A DNA stretch of 64,000 nt from Cercozoa sp. M6MM (GCA_040357565.1 JBDODJ010000013.1); one strand, 5' to 3'; shown: positions 12,302 to 26,370, counted from the first letter of the stretch. A program made the numbers and translations. The notes: generated from the sequence alone by a model not told the origin.

Positions 12302-15300
12302 ATGCCAGCCAATTGTTTCGGTCAATATGTTGGCAAGGACCCAGTCGAGGGCCACGAGGCTCTCTTCGATGGGACGGTGCGCGAGACACGAGACGGCGCA
12401 GAATACGACGGTTTAAGTGTGCCAGCAGGTCTGACACCGTCGCAGGTACCTTTGTATGTCGTGAAGGGTGCCTTGTTTTCTTCTGTTTGTATTGTGATGT
12501 CGTGATGTTGCAGGTGCTGGCTTCGCGCGAGAGGCACGGGCGTAACGAGACGGAGAAGCCGCCGCTGCGGAGTTTTTTGGCGCTGTGCTGGGAGCAACTG
12601 GACGACAAGATACTTCAGGTACTGTAGAGGTGAAAGCTAGTTCAGCTTGTGGTTAGTGGAGTCTGTGTGTGTGACAGTTGCTGTGCGTGTGTGCCGTGGT
12701 GCAAATCGTGCTGGGCGTCACTCTGGCCGAGGACGAAGAGAAGAGCACCGGCTGGGTCGACGGTTTCGTCATTGTGATCGCCGTGTCGGTGGTGGTGCTG
12801 ACTGGTGCCGTCACCAACTACAGCAAGCAGCGCAAGTTCGCCGAGCTGTCCGTGTGCGTGGCCGACACGGTCGTCGCTGTGCGCAGACGCGTGAGTGACA
12901 CCTCCGACGAAGAACATGTACTACCTACTGCCCTACTGTCTACTGCCTCATGTCTACTACCCTACTACTCACTGTCTACTACCTACTGTGTCCTACCTGC
13001 CAACAAGGTAGGTTCAAGAAGTACGAGTGGCCGATGTGGTCGTCGGCGATATCGTCGCACTCGCTGGCGGCGATGCTGTGCCTGTACTGCCTTATCCCTT
13101 CGTCTTGGTCACCTTACCCCCCGGTCGGTTGCACAGGCAGACGGTCTCGTGGTGACTTCGGATGATTTGCATGTCGATGAGTCCACCTTGGTACAAACGG
13201 ACCAAGACAGTAGCCCCTTAAGTAAAAATTAAGCCTGCCAACAGACTGGCGAGTCGAAGCCTGTGCGAAAATACGGCGTCGTTACGCAGCGTCAGGACAG
13301 TGAGTTCATCGAAGGCGAACGCGTCATTCTCGTTGGCACGACTCTGTGCAGTCGGGGTACTCCACTTTAAACCTTGTGTACTCCTGAAACCCTTTCCTCC
13401 TTTTGTCCCTTCCTTCACAAACCGATCAACAATTAAACTAACACCCTCCCTCAGTTTCTTCACTGTGTTACCTTGACTTTTAGGTGGTGCACTATGCCTG
13501 GTGACCGCTGTCGGACCCAACACTTATGCTGCCGTAAATTGAGGCTTCTTGGACTCGAACTGACCTTTCGCACGTCCATTTTCTGTGTGTTTTGCAGTCA
13601 CTGACGCGAACATTGCAAAGCGAGACGGAAAGCGACTTTTCCACGCCATTGCAGCGTCGACTGGAACATCTCGCCTTCACGATTTCGTATGCCGGTCTGA
13701 TTGCCGCTGTGCTCACCATGGTATGCTCTTTTTTTAGTTTCTTAAACAGACTGAACTGAACTCACAACGTTTGAAATTTAGACTGTGCTGTACGTGCGAT
13801 TCTTCGCAACGCTTGAAGGTCCAATCTTAACGATTTTAGGCTGTCGAATTAAGTTTCAGTTTCTGTGTTTATGTAGTTTTTGATACGACTGAGGACCCGG
13901 TCCGACTGCTGCGTTACTTCACAGTCGGCATCACGATTCTCGTTGTTGCAGTTCCTGAAGGTGCCTCAACTTGCCTTTAGCACTTTGTGTGCAAGGACGA
14001 ACATGCTTGTTTGGTTGAACTGTAGGACTTCCACTGGCCGTGGTGCTGTCGCTTGCATTCTCGGTGAAACGCATGATGAAGGACAACAACCTGGTCCGTA
14101 ACTTGCACAAGTGCGAGACAATGGGCGGTGCCACGACGATCTGTTCCGACAAAACTGGCACTATGACTGAAAACAGGTGTGCTCTGTTTTGATCGGATTA
14201 AGAAGCTTGGTCTGCGATCAAACAGTTGAACAAGTTTGTTTTGGATGATCGATCAGAATGACTGTTCGCGCGATTTTCACTTGTGCCGAAGCCAACGGTT
14301 ACAGTGATCATCTGGACGGTGTGTTCCAAGGTGCACACCGCGAGGTGCTGCTCCAGTCTGTGACACTCAACATTGGCGAGAAAACTGTCGTGTACGTTTT
14401 TTCGCTTTCTTTGTCAGTTGTTCAGTTTTTATCGCACTTGTGTTCTTTGCGTCAGAACAAGAGAAGAGCGCAGCGTTGACGTCGAAACTGATACAGACAG
14501 TGAAGAAACTCAGGAGTTCTCCCGGACAGGCAATGCGAGCGAAGCTGCTTTGCTGTAAATTGTTATTTTGCACTGTTTTGTACAATTTTAAACTGAAAAA
14601 ATTAGCATGAGCTTTTGTTGCTTTGCGCAGAATCAGCGTGTTCAAGCACGCGAAAATGGATGCGAATGCACTGAGACAACAAGGTCAAGTGATGAAGGTG
14701 TTTCCTTTCGACTCGGCTCTGAAGCGCATGACGACAATTGTAAACTTTCGTTCTTTGCCTTGACTGATCATGTACTGTTTGCTTCTCGGCGTAAACAGGT
14801 GCGAACTGGCGAAAACACAGCGCGCATGTTGACGAAAGGAGCACCAGAAGTCGTGTACAAACGTTGTTCGCACGCCCTCGTTGGTTAGTCTATCGCATAA
14901 CAATCGGTCAAAGCTGTTACCACAAAGCGTATTTACAGATGGCCAAGTGCTTCCCTTCGACGAGGTCGCACAATTTGTGCGAGATAAACAAGGTGAAACT
15001 CATCCAGGAAGACTGAAAGCTACAAGATGTAACTGTTTGCAGATGAGTACGCTGAGAATGCGTGGCGCGTGCTTGCACTGGCATATAAGGATCTCGACGC
15101 TGCCGAAGTGTCGCACCAGATGGAGGAGTCCCAAGTTGTCGATGATCTTGTGTTTGTCGCTCTCGTCGGTGTGGCCGACCCTTTGCGCAGGTACGTGATT
15201 GTTATCATTCACACATTAATGTTTGAACAACTTGGGTTGCCTCAGTGCTGTTCCCAATGCGATTTCAACCTGTCATCGAGCTGGCATTACTGTGGTGCGA

Positions 15301-17938
15301 TCATTTCATTAGCAAGGGTTCCTCCCTACCTCATACCACTGCAGAGAATGGTCACTGGTGATGCTGTCTCAACGGCCATTGCGATTTCCAAAGAAGCTGG
15401 TGCGTCATTACCTTTTGCTTTTTCGCGGTTGTTTTCGCTCATAAACTGTTAAAAATAGGCATTCTGCCACGAAGATTCGACTACAATAACTATGTTGTCA
15501 TGACTGGCAGGTATAACTCTTGAACAGTGTCTTTTGTGTTTTGACGGTGTTAATTTTGACGTGATACAACAGCGACTTTCGGCGTCGCGTGCAGTGGCAC
15601 GAGAACGAGCAAGGCGAGCAATTCTTCGATCAGCAGCGCTTTCAAGAGGTGCGCTTCCTTGTGGTGTCTGCTTTTTTATGGTAGTTGGCTGTTTTTTTTT
15701 TGCAGTTCGGAGCGTCGTTGCGCGTTCTGGCACGAGCATCGCCCAATGACAAATACATTCTCGTGCGGTATGAAATGAAACCTTCAGTTGTCCTATCTTG
15801 CTCTAACCCGCATTTATATTTGAAACATAAATTTAGAGGCCTGAAAGCTATGAACGAAGTTGTCGCTGTCACTGGTATATTCACGTCCGTGCGGAGAGTT
15901 CAGCTTGAGCAGTTTGGTCGTGATAGGCGACGGAACAAACGATGCGTTGGCTTTGAAGACTGCTGATGTACTTTGGTTTTTATTATTATAAGTTCAATTG
16001 CTCAAGCAGATGGATGTGTTTTGAACATTAGGTGGGTTTCTCGATGGGCATCGTTGGAACTGACGTTGCGAAACAAGCATCTGACATTGGTACTGTCAAG
16101 TGAGTGTGAAAAAAAGACTTGACCATATTGACTCGTGTAGTTTTGCTGGACGACAACTTCACATCGCTGGTGAAAGCAGTCAAATGGGGTCGCAACGTTT
16201 CTGTAGCAATGCCTTTTTGATTCCTTATAGGTGCATCTAAGTTACTTTAATAATTGGAACAGGATTCCATCAAAAAGTTCCTCCAGTTCCAGCTGACTGT
16301 CAGCGTTTCGATTGTACTCCTTGCTTCTAAGCTTTGCATTGACCACTGTGAGGCATTTCCGTTCGTTAAGATCGTGGTGTCGTCGCTCGGTGCCATTGTG
16401 GACGGCTTTACTCCCGTATACGTCCTTACTACTCACTCGAGTTTCGTGAGTTTGGTATGTGTTGGATAGATGACGCCAGTGCAACTCCTCTGGGTCAATC
16501 TCGTGATGGATGCGTTCGCTTCTGTGCATTCTCTTTGTCACGTATAGCTAGCAAACCCTAGCACAATATTTGTTGTCTTTGTTCAGCTAGCACTCGCCAC
16601 AGAACCGCCATCTGATGACTTGCTGTACCTTTTCACCCTTACAGAAACCTCTTTTATCCAAGTAGATCATTGTGTCCTTCCCTAGGAAACGTCAACCCCA
16701 GCGAAAGCCGTCGCTGGTGTCACGCACTATGGTGCGCAACATCTGCGGCCACTCGGCGTACCAGTCCTTGGTGACCATTGTGCTCCTGTTCGCTGGTACG
16801 ATGAACTCTGCCCTCACATTCTTTAAGTTGAGCTAATCTATACACTTACTGCTTGTATGTGCACAGGAAGCAGTATCTTTTCCATTCCAAATGGTCGCGA
16901 AGTCGCCGATTCCGACGACTCTGCTGTGAGTTTATGTGTTGACTGAAGTTGTTTTTGTTCACATGTTTGCTGACTTAATCAGGAAGCGCGCAGCGTGCAT
17001 TTCACGATGATTTTCAACATCTTCGTCCTGATGCGTAAACTGAGTTTTGCGAGCTCTGTGCTGATTCCCTTGGAACATACAAAACTGGTGCAGAGTTGTT
17101 CAATCTGTTCAACGCACGTATCCTGAATGCGGCGGCTACACATGCGAACCCTCTGCGCGGCAGTAGTTCTAACCCGCTCTTGTACTCACTCTGTCTCTTG
17201 CTCAAAGCCCTATCTGATCAAAGACAGAGTGGTGTATTGCACAGCATGCTGATCCTCGGTGTTGTGTTCGTGGGTCAAGCCATGATGGTCGAGTTGGGCG
17301 GCTCACCGCTCAAAGTGCGTTCGCTCATCTACGATGATGATGCCGGTACTGTTCCTGTGCTGCTTGCTTGCTATGTGTGAGTGTTCGTGCCATCGTTTTT
17401 CTTTGTTCGTAGAGTGGTGGATGTGGCCCGTGTGCATTCTTTTCGGCGCCTCTGAGTTGGTACATGCCAGTTTAGCTTGACTTGATAGTACTTGGTACGG
17501 GTTAAAACAGGTGGTTGGTGCACTTCTGCGAGCCTGGGTCGTTGAGGAGGAAGATCACCCAGAACCCACTCCTCTGGAGGTACCAACTCAAATCGTTTGT
17601 GTTTTGTTATATGCGTGTGCTTTTTAGATTCCTGAACTGACGGAACGACAGTCCCAATCGTCGCTGTTCCATCTGTACGGATTTTCTTCTGTTTTAAAAC
17701 CTACAAAAGTTATTTCGATTTGTTTTTTAGGCTTCGTCGACCTCCAGGCGTGACCAATGTGCCGCTTTCGTTAAGGGGTAGCCCAGTCTACTGTTTCGAT
17801 ACTGCACTCTAAGATTGACGTCTGGGGTTCTCAGGAGGCGTTCTGGCGGTTATGGCGGCGAATCGACTGAGACGAAACGCCCAAAATAGTCGAACTCGAG
17901 TTGCCGTTAGCCCTGCTGCTGAGTGCGAACTGACGTGA
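12302..17938 (+). CDS. P-type IIB (PMCA/ACA-like) Ca2+-transporting ATPase, about 39 introns
   Basis: Spliced motifs [37 protein letters not shown] (about 14113-14161), [38 protein letters not shown] and [21 protein letters not shown]. Confidence 0.95.
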
Positions 17939-18130
17939 CGATGATTCTATCTGCACATGCACAGACAAGAGCGGAGCCTTTGTGTTAGTCGTTTATCTGA
18001 ACTGATTTGGTCCCGTTCGTGGCTGACCAATCGATATCGCATCGACTGCTGTCGTGTATGTACATGCGCGGATGGGTGAATATAGCGTACGCTACTGTAG
18101 TACCGACAGCGCAGTCTGTACATACCACTA

Positions 18131-21100
18131 CTAGTGAAAGTGTCGCTTCCACGCTTGAGCTCGTGCGTTAAGATGCAGCGAGGCGTGCGACAGCGACTGA
18201 GCGATCTGCTCGAGCAGCTGCGCAAAACCTCTTCGCTGCGACTCAGAAAAGGCTTCACGAAAATTAGCAGCTGTGATGCATCCTTGTCTTGGCTTTGAAC
18301 CTCCCTGGGACTTCAGTTCGGCTATTGCTTCAGCGAGTTGTACAGCCAAAGCTCGCAGTGGAAGGAGACAAGTGAGTTGACTTTTTGTTGCTTGCAACTG
18401 CAGTGGCCATGTGCTCAAAAGTAGCAGGAGCTGTCTTCCTTTTTCGAGAGCGCAGGGTGTTTCACATTCGACGATTCGCGCAACAAATACAAACATTGAG
18501 TGCCAGTTGTTCGTCCACCTGCGTGCTGCGCAAAGGGTCATCTCTCCAGTTTCGAGTTCATTTTCGCCCGTTTCTTCTTCGTCGTTCAATTCGAGAGAAA
18601 CAAGGTCGCTTTCGTCACTGCTTTCATCATCACTTGTTTCAAATCTAGTCTCGTTTGTTTTTGAGGTTGCAGGGGCTTTCATCCATGCCGCAGCTTCCGC
18701 ATTGAAGGAGAAACGTGCAACTGGAGGATTCGAGAAGCGACAGAGCACGAAGCGAATCGACACTGGCAGCAGCATTGGCGAGGTGTTTTTCTGGAGCAAA
18801 ACATCGCAACTGAGTCGAAAACTGTGTCCAACGCGCGCTGCGTGAGTCACGGCGTGTGCAAATGTGCTTTCGCTGCTGTTGTAGTCGTCAATATCGGCGA
18901 GATTCGCTTGCGAAAGTGCCGCAGTGTCGGTGGAATCCTTGTGCACGAAGAACTCGTGAACTGAAGCAATGCATACACCATCGAAATCAAACCGAGCAGC
19001 CGCAGCGAGTGCTCGTGTCTTGCGCAAAACACCGTTTGCAAAGTCATCAAGACACTGTCGAACTTGCGAAGCTTCCATACGCACCCGTTTCGCGCAACTG
19101 AGACAACTCAAGCAGTAAGGACGTTGTCTAATCTGTAAGTTTGTACCTGCAAACTCACATAAAACAAAGTCGGTTTCTTCTGCCCTTTGGCACAGGCAAA
19201 GTTCATTCCTTTCTGCACATTGAAACATATACTTAAAAAAAAAATAGATCTACATTTTGACTTGAAGCATGAATACAGTACCAAGCGAAAGCACGCGATG
19301 GAGACAGTCCGAAATTTGTGAGATCAAGTGAAGTTGTTTTCGTGTGCTTTCGGAGTCAACGTTGCAAGCACTGGCACAAAAGACGCTGCCTCTGTTGCCG
19401 CTGCTGTTGCCAGAGAAGTCAGACTCAAAGCAACTCGTGTCGTAAATCTCGACTTTTGTGACGTCTTGATTCGCGAAATACGTCGTGACACACGCTGGTG
19501 CTTCTGTCGCACCATAACTTATTTTAAGAAGGTCAGGAAACAATAATAAACGAACTATACCGTGGACAACAAAGGCACGACTGTCAACCCTCAAGTTCGC
19601 AGACATTGCCAGCGCACGTGCTGCACTTCGCGTATTCGCTCCGAGAACTGCTCGACGACGAAGCATGCTGACAGCACTTTCGTTCGCGAGCAGCGAAGCC
19701 GCAGCGTTTTGAAACGACTCGCGTTGGACTTGCCAATAGAGCACTCGTTCCACATCGTCCTTCAAGTCGAGCTTCTCTGCTTTGATTTTGTTTTGTGGAG
19801 ATCGCTTTTGCCAGAACCACTTTTTTCGTTTCTTGTTGTGTTCAGCGTCGATTTTGACTGGCTGCGAACTTTGAATTCGTTCTCTCAATGCGCGCAGAAA
19901 CGTCGACGAAGATTCAGACTGCTCTGCTTTTAGTTTGCAACTCAAATGGACAGCAGCGTCAAGTACTCAACTGATGGCGCGTACCTAAGTCAGACAAAGA
20001 CGAAACGTCGATCGCAAGAACAGCGCACATTGCAAGTCCACTGATGCAAGTCAACATTGATCGGAAGTAGCGTTTCGCCATCTTGCCGTCAGCAAACTCT
20101 GTCGCCTGTTGTCAACCGTAATAATGCAGTAGTCAGGTTGATACACGCATTGTTACTGCATCAGCGCAAACTCTCTGCCAGTGGTTTGAGACAAAAGCTC
20201 CACAGCGCGTGTTTCCACTCTAAACAAAACTGTCTCCAACTTTCGCAAGTGAGAAGTGAAAGCACCTCAGTTCGAGCAAAATGCGCCAGTTTTACAAACA
20301 ATGCCTGCTTTCGCTTTCCAGAAACTTGTGAAAGGCGCTTTAGGTTTGCGACTAACGAAACGATTGAATGAACTGAAGCAAAAGTTGGCTGTCATGAAAA
20401 CACTGTACGTGCTCGAAAGTACGCCGCGATGAAACTCCGTGCTTGAGCGTCGGCAGCAACCAAAACCTCATCTGTGTTAAAGCAAAACTATGAACAAAAC
20501 TGAGTGAGTCAAAGTGAAATAAGAAACACTAACTGTAAGCAAGCGAAACAACGATGCGACTCAGCAATTCACACGTTGTTTCGTGAATCATGGGTTGGTC
20601 CTACAGGACCCGCATTTCTAGCACTTTCATCAACAAAACAAAACAAAGATGGAAATTGGGATACGCGAAAACTCATGGCCTCGTAAAAAAGCGACGAGAA
20701 ATCAGCGTTTTTTGTGCTTCCAGATAGTGTTGCAGCAGTTGCTGCGTCTTCAAAATCGCTGAAAAGTGAAAACTCGATTTGAGGTTTGACTCCGAAGCTT
20801 TCGAACGTTTCATTACTTTCTGCTCTCTACAGCGCCAGTGAAGCAAGCTACCAACTGTTCAAACAAGCAACAGAAATTGAGAAATACCGCATGGAAAACG
20901 AGTGTCACAGTGACTTCTCTGACAGAATTGTTTGAGTATGAAAGCAGCTTCAAAGACACTTCTTCGTTGCGTGCAATACAAGCTTCGGCTTTTCTCTATG
21001 CGGAGGAGAATAGTATCACAATGCAAATAGCTTTCATATTCTGTTTCAATACCAGAATCCGACGAGTATCCAACAAGCTTTCGGTATCAAAGTCTTGATC

Positions 21101-21792
21101 CGTAAGTCTCAAGTGCAAAATCTCGACTTCAGAAGGCGACTCCCGAATCTGCACGATCAGCTCGAGAAGAAAACGCGCAGCAAGCTCGAAAATCTTGTCA
21201 CGCGGCATCTCGTCCGCATGCTCCAACAAAACATCATTTCTCACTTCGATCGGAAGCAAAGGACTCTGCAACACTCAAACAATCTCAGTAACAACTGAAG
21301 TTCAGATACCACGCAAGAAAGGCCGCGCCAACTATTCGCACCGCAGAGCGAACTGATGCAGCGCACCGTGATGCCGTACTTTTGTTGCTCCGTATAGCTC
21401 AAAGTTGGCTCGAAAGAAAACAACACTTCTATTTGCCGAACAAACGAAAGCGCCAATTCGGGGATCAAAAGTCCCGACTCGAACGCTTCAAGCAACTTCG
21501 ATGATGCAACAATCTTTGTGCCCCATCGTTGATTCTCTGTTTCATCATTTTTCAGCCGTTCTTCTGCTTCGATTTCTTCGTCGTCGCTTTCATTTTGCAG
21601 ATCGAACTCAATCCAGTCTTTATCTACTTGACGCACGTTCGCATCCGACTGAAACCGCTGCAAGAAAAGCTCTTTTTTATTTGTATTGTTTCCCCGTTCC
21701 CTGAACAGAAAAACGCATACCGAAACACTTGGTTTGACTCCTTGAGCAACGCGCTGGATGTCACAAGCGCGCGCTGACTGCACAAAATCCAT
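18131..21792 (-). CDS. Large hypothetical protein (about 1000 aa) with long exons
   Basis: Co-oriented minus ORFs 21241-21804, 20996-21274, 19250-19945 and 18131-19228, linked by intron-like T-rich gaps. No family recognised. Confidence 0.55.
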
Positions 21793-22051
21793 CGGGGTCA
21801 CCAATGTGGCAGCTTGTTGAGATTATTTTTGTATTGGGTCAATTTCCTCTTTCCGCGCGGATGGAAAATATACAACATTCAGCATCTTAGCATATGCTTG
21901 CATAGAATAACTCTAGCTCAGCACATCTTAGAAAACACTCAACAGTTTAAGTTTGATAGCGGGTCTTTGATCGAGACCGGAGTCCGAAAGCAAGAATCCT
22001 GTTGTACTAGACACATGAGACGAAAATGCCAGCGTCAGTTACGACTCTAAA

Positions 22052-22979
22052 ATGACTAAAACTGTTCGTAGAGTGTACACCTTGTGCATCTGTGCGCTTC
22101 TCGTGGGTAAAGTCTCGTTCATATCAAGTGCTTCAATTCACCGTGTCTACTGGCTGGCAGTTGTGCGCTCGCAGGTGCAAGTGCCTCCCGTACCCCCTGT
22201 ACCTTCACGCCCAGCTCCATCAACTCCGTCACCAACTCCAAGCAACGGCAACGGCGATCAACCGAGGCGCACCTGTAAGTTGTTTTAGAGTCAATTTAAT
22301 TGTTGAAACAATATGTAATAATGATGTTGTTTTGTTTCTTACAGTGCCGGCTGTACCGCCAAGACCACCGCCAGAAGATGACCCTGTAAAACACAAAATT
22401 CAACAAACATTAGTCTGTGAAAACTTACAGACATGTTGCGTAGAGAAAGAACCTACCAACGCCGCCACCGAAAGAAGAGGCCACTCTCGAAACCAAGATC
22501 GTCGCTTTTGGTACTAAATTTACGCACAGAGACGTGATTCTGTGACTCCACCTGTGATATGTATGTCGAAACAGGCTCGAGTGCTTTAATGATTCTCCTG
22601 TGCTTGTGTGCTTTGGGCCGCAAGTTTTTCTGCACGAGCACCAGTGACTATATCACCGAAGACGACAAAGACGAGAACTGCTGTCTGTGCTATCGGCTAC
22701 TTCCCTGCTTTGAGAAGAGTAAGATACTCTTCCTTTACTAACCACGTTAAAAGAAAGAAAGTTCGTTGATCAGATCACTCTAAACGCGACGGCGACGGAG
22801 AAGAAGAGAACGACTCAAACGCGGCCGAAGACGAAAGTGCGCTCGTCACCGTGGAACCCACCTCCCACGTCGACACAGTCCCTGGTGCCACTGCGGCGTC
22901 GTTCGAGAGCGGAATGACTGAAACGGTGGCAAAGGTTCCCCCTGGACTAAGCGGTGGTTCACAAAAACAACTGAACTAA
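22052..22979 (+). CDS. Putative single-pass membrane protein: signal-like N-terminus, Pro-rich region, Cys-containing hydrophobic segment, acidic tail
   Basis: MTKTVRRVYTLCICALLV | VQVPPVPPVPSRPAP... | SALMILLCLCALG | ...GGSQKQLN* (TAA 22977-22979), with GT-AG introns. Confidence 0.55.
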
Positions 22980-23200
22980 CTGTGAGCTGCAAGCCTCGCT
23001 GAACTTTGTTTGAGGGGAAGTATATTGCCGTTGGTTATTGTACGTCCAGGTCAAGGTACTTTTCTGGCTGCGGTCAGTTGCAATAGCTCAGTTACTTTCC
23101 CATCCCAACAGTCATTGATTTTAAGTGTACTTCTTAGAGGCAATTCCTCGCTTGAAAGTAGGTCCTCACATTGGCAGACATGGGGCACACGTCTCTACTG

Positions 23201-24150
23201 TCAATAATTTCGACCGCGAGTTTCATTTCTCGAATCCTCGATCTCGAAGGCCAGTCCGTCCTGTTCTTTCAACGATTTCGTACACAAGAGTCCTCGCGTT
23301 CTCTGCATTCGCGACGGTCCCACAGGAGCGCGATTGCCGCGGACACGTCTCTCGCACCGTGCGGTGGTGGGTGCATGAAGTGCTCCAAGCCTCCATGCCG
23401 AAGGTGGTGTCGGTCGAGTGACTCTGTTCGAGAAGTGAGAAAGGCAGCGAGACCGTCAGTTCAGTCGATCTTGGCTGCCATACGGTAGCACGTGCAGACG
23501 GACTAGTGCTCGAGCACACTGAGCAGTTTTGAGTGCACCGCGTAGAACTTGCCCGCCATCTCCTTGGTGAGCTCGTTCTTCTCGAGTGCACGCGAGACGG
23601 CGAAGCACGAGCGAGTCGCGCGCATGCTCAGCGGGCGAGGCACGTGCGACCTGCGTGTACCTGCAATACAGCAAAATTACTCCAGTCCAGTTAAAAAGAG
23701 AGATCTATATTGCACGCGAATACCGCTGTTCAGGCGGCACGTACATGGGCAATTCGCAAGCCAACACATGGTAGCTTGCACACGCAGCTGCATCAATACA
23801 GCACAACACAAGCATGAATGCTACCATCCAAAAACAGAAAAGAAGCAACCTGGAGGAACAGTACCTTTCTGAGCCGCCACTGCGGCGGCATGCAGCACCA
23901 CCAAGGCGCCCAACTCGCGCTGCAGCGCCATCAAACGCTCAAGGCGACGCACGCTGCCAGCAGCCTCCTCGGCCACGAAAAAGCCGTAGACACGCTGCAC
24001 CTCGCGGCTTTTTGAGGCGTTAAATTCGGCGAATCGACGAGAGCGTGCGCTTTGAACGCGTTGCTCGGCCAAGTTCGCACCGTCTGAATGGCTACCTTCG
24101 CTTGTACAGTCAAGTCGGACTTACTGACTTACAGTAACACCATACCGCCA
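23201..24150 (-). CDS. Hypothetical protein; boundaries uncertain
   Basis: Minus-strand splice signals join ...ERLMALQRELGALVVLHAAAVAAQK | ...LPMYVPPEQR | YTQVARAS... in frame. Start and final frame are unclear. Confidence 0.35.
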
Positions 24151-24326
24151 CTGTAATGTTATTTAGGTTACGATGCAGACAGTAAACTGAACTTAAACAG
24201 TGACGTTTCTCGCGCTGGCGAATTAAAGGCACACTAAATTTAGTGCCCCTCGCCCTGGCCCTGCGGTTGGTTGGGTGGCATGCCGCCAGTGTACCTGCAG
24301 TGTATTGGCCACAGCCGAAACATTAA

Positions 24327-26370
24327 CTACAATGACTCAGAGTTGAGCATTCGCCGCATAACAGGTCGATCCGTATCAGACTGAGCTATCACACTCGGGC
24401 GGTCGCCTGCATCGCTCTGATTTTTGACACAGGCAGAAACAGCCATTGATTGAAGCAAGCAATTGAATTGAAAGCAGGCCTAGACAAAAAAACCGTACAA
24501 TGTATGGTATCTTCACTGAGTTGGGATCGCTCTGCTGAAGCGATGTTCGACGCACTTCGACACTGCTTTCACCAATTAGCGGCGCAGTTTTGATCATTTG
24601 CACGGACACCCGACGTCCGGACACTTCCTTGTATTTTACTTCAGGCAGCTCTTCTTCGGCCTTGCCATGCGTGAAACCTTCGTAATGTGCGGCAGAGTCG
24701 TCGGAACTAAAGCTGGACTCTGAAGTCGTTTCCACGCCTTCGTCAATGATGTTGTTTTTGATCGTCAGTGCAGTTTCGGACAGCAGCTTTAAAGAAGGCT
24801 TGTCCTGCAGCATCGTGCACAAAGTGACGATTGTTTTCAAGTCACCTCGTTTCACAAGCTGCCAGGCTTTGTCAGCTACACATTAGCAGTAAATTTATCT
24901 GTATGGTTAAGTTTAAACCTACAGCACAACTGTGAGTTTCAATACCCTCAACGTTCGTCAGGTATTCGTCTGTAACGAGCACACGTAAAGCCGTTGAACA
25001 GTCTGCATAGGTGTCTGTTGTTATGCTCGTCGAAACGCGAGTCGGGAACAATGGCGCTCGAGGCAGCTGCACGCTGTGGCGCATTTCATTTTGAAGAATG
25101 CACTTAATTGTGTCCAGTCTAAACACTCAACGCACAAAGACACAACTCTCAAGACCACAGATAACAGAACAGTAGGCAGAGGTTTACTACAGTTCAGCAA
25201 CGCAGTCACGCCCAGGAACGCCCTTGTCGCGGGCCTCACGATAGATATCGTAGGCGGCCAGAGTTGCCAAGTCTCGGTCGTCTTCCATGTTTTCAATTAT
25301 TGCGGTGCTTTCGTCGTCTATCATACCTTGCCGCATCATCCCGTCAACGAGTTGGGACATTTCTGTTTCGTAGTATTCGTCGCGGTGACGAAGAAACAGT
25401 TCAACGGTTTCGTTGAAGTCCTCATCGCACTGTTCCAGATGAAGCTTCATCCGATACAGACCCAGCGAGTCATCAGTGTCAAGATTGTGGAGAGCTTTCT
25501 GCCTTTCTCGAAGCCACACTGTGCCAGCGGCCATGACGAGTGGGTCTCGCGTTAAGTCATCCAAAACGGCATTTGCTGCGAGCAGCCGTCAGTCACAACA
25601 TCACAACTCCATCAGATGCATCGCTGTGTAAGCAAGTTGACTGTACCATCAACGAAAGTAAAATGTCCGCTGTTTGCAGCTTTGCGAATGTACTCGGTGA
25701 TAGACAGCGTATCCGGTGGCAGAGAATGACTCTTTGGTGCAGTTTTTGCCAGTTTGTCTAGCTTACTGACAAACCGGCGAACTGCTGCGTGCGGGTTCTC
25801 TCGGCTTGTGATGTATTCACGAAAGTGATGCACAATCGTGTTTCGGCGGGAAGTCAGATGTGCTTCCACGAGGTCGAGAACGGTGGAGTGAAAGAGCTGC
25901 TTCGAGATCCAACCTTCCTGCAGGAAGCCTTCAAGCACTGAAAAAACGGGCAACAGACGACCTTGGCGCCATGACTTGGCGACTAACATCTGCGAACAGT
26001 TCAATCTCGTCGTTTTCAATAGCTCACGGATTCGATAATAAACCTACGATTGTTTCAGTTGCCTCGAAACTGTCGTCAATTTCGACAACAGCAGACAACA
26101 CCATCCACAACGGGTGTGGTCGACACAAAACAGAACTCAAATGCCGCCAATCGTACTTGCTGATTCCAAAAGCTGTTGGATTCAAGCCCGCTTTTGCGAC
26201 TATTTCTGTGCACATCCCTGCGAGCGGAATCAAAAACATCGCGTCTCTTTTCGCGCGACAGTAAGTCCAGGGAACTGACGAAAGGACACCTGCTTGGTTG
26301 GAGTAGCAAAATATCCTGATTCGATCTCGTCAAACTGACTTGGCCAAAGGTGTCACGACTCCGCGCGGAA
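24327..26370 (-). CDS. Hypothetical protein with about 5 degenerate helical repeats; 5' end may extend further
   Basis: ORFs 26024-26239, 25612-26019, 25187-25564, 24872-25126 and 24376-24855 joined by GT-AG introns; ends ...MLNSESL* at 24327. Confidence 0.6.

Noticed and set aside
24215-24255. 14-bp palindrome cactaaatttagtg with imperfect extension
   Set aside because: A single AT-rich palindrome of this length is expected by chance in 64 kb.
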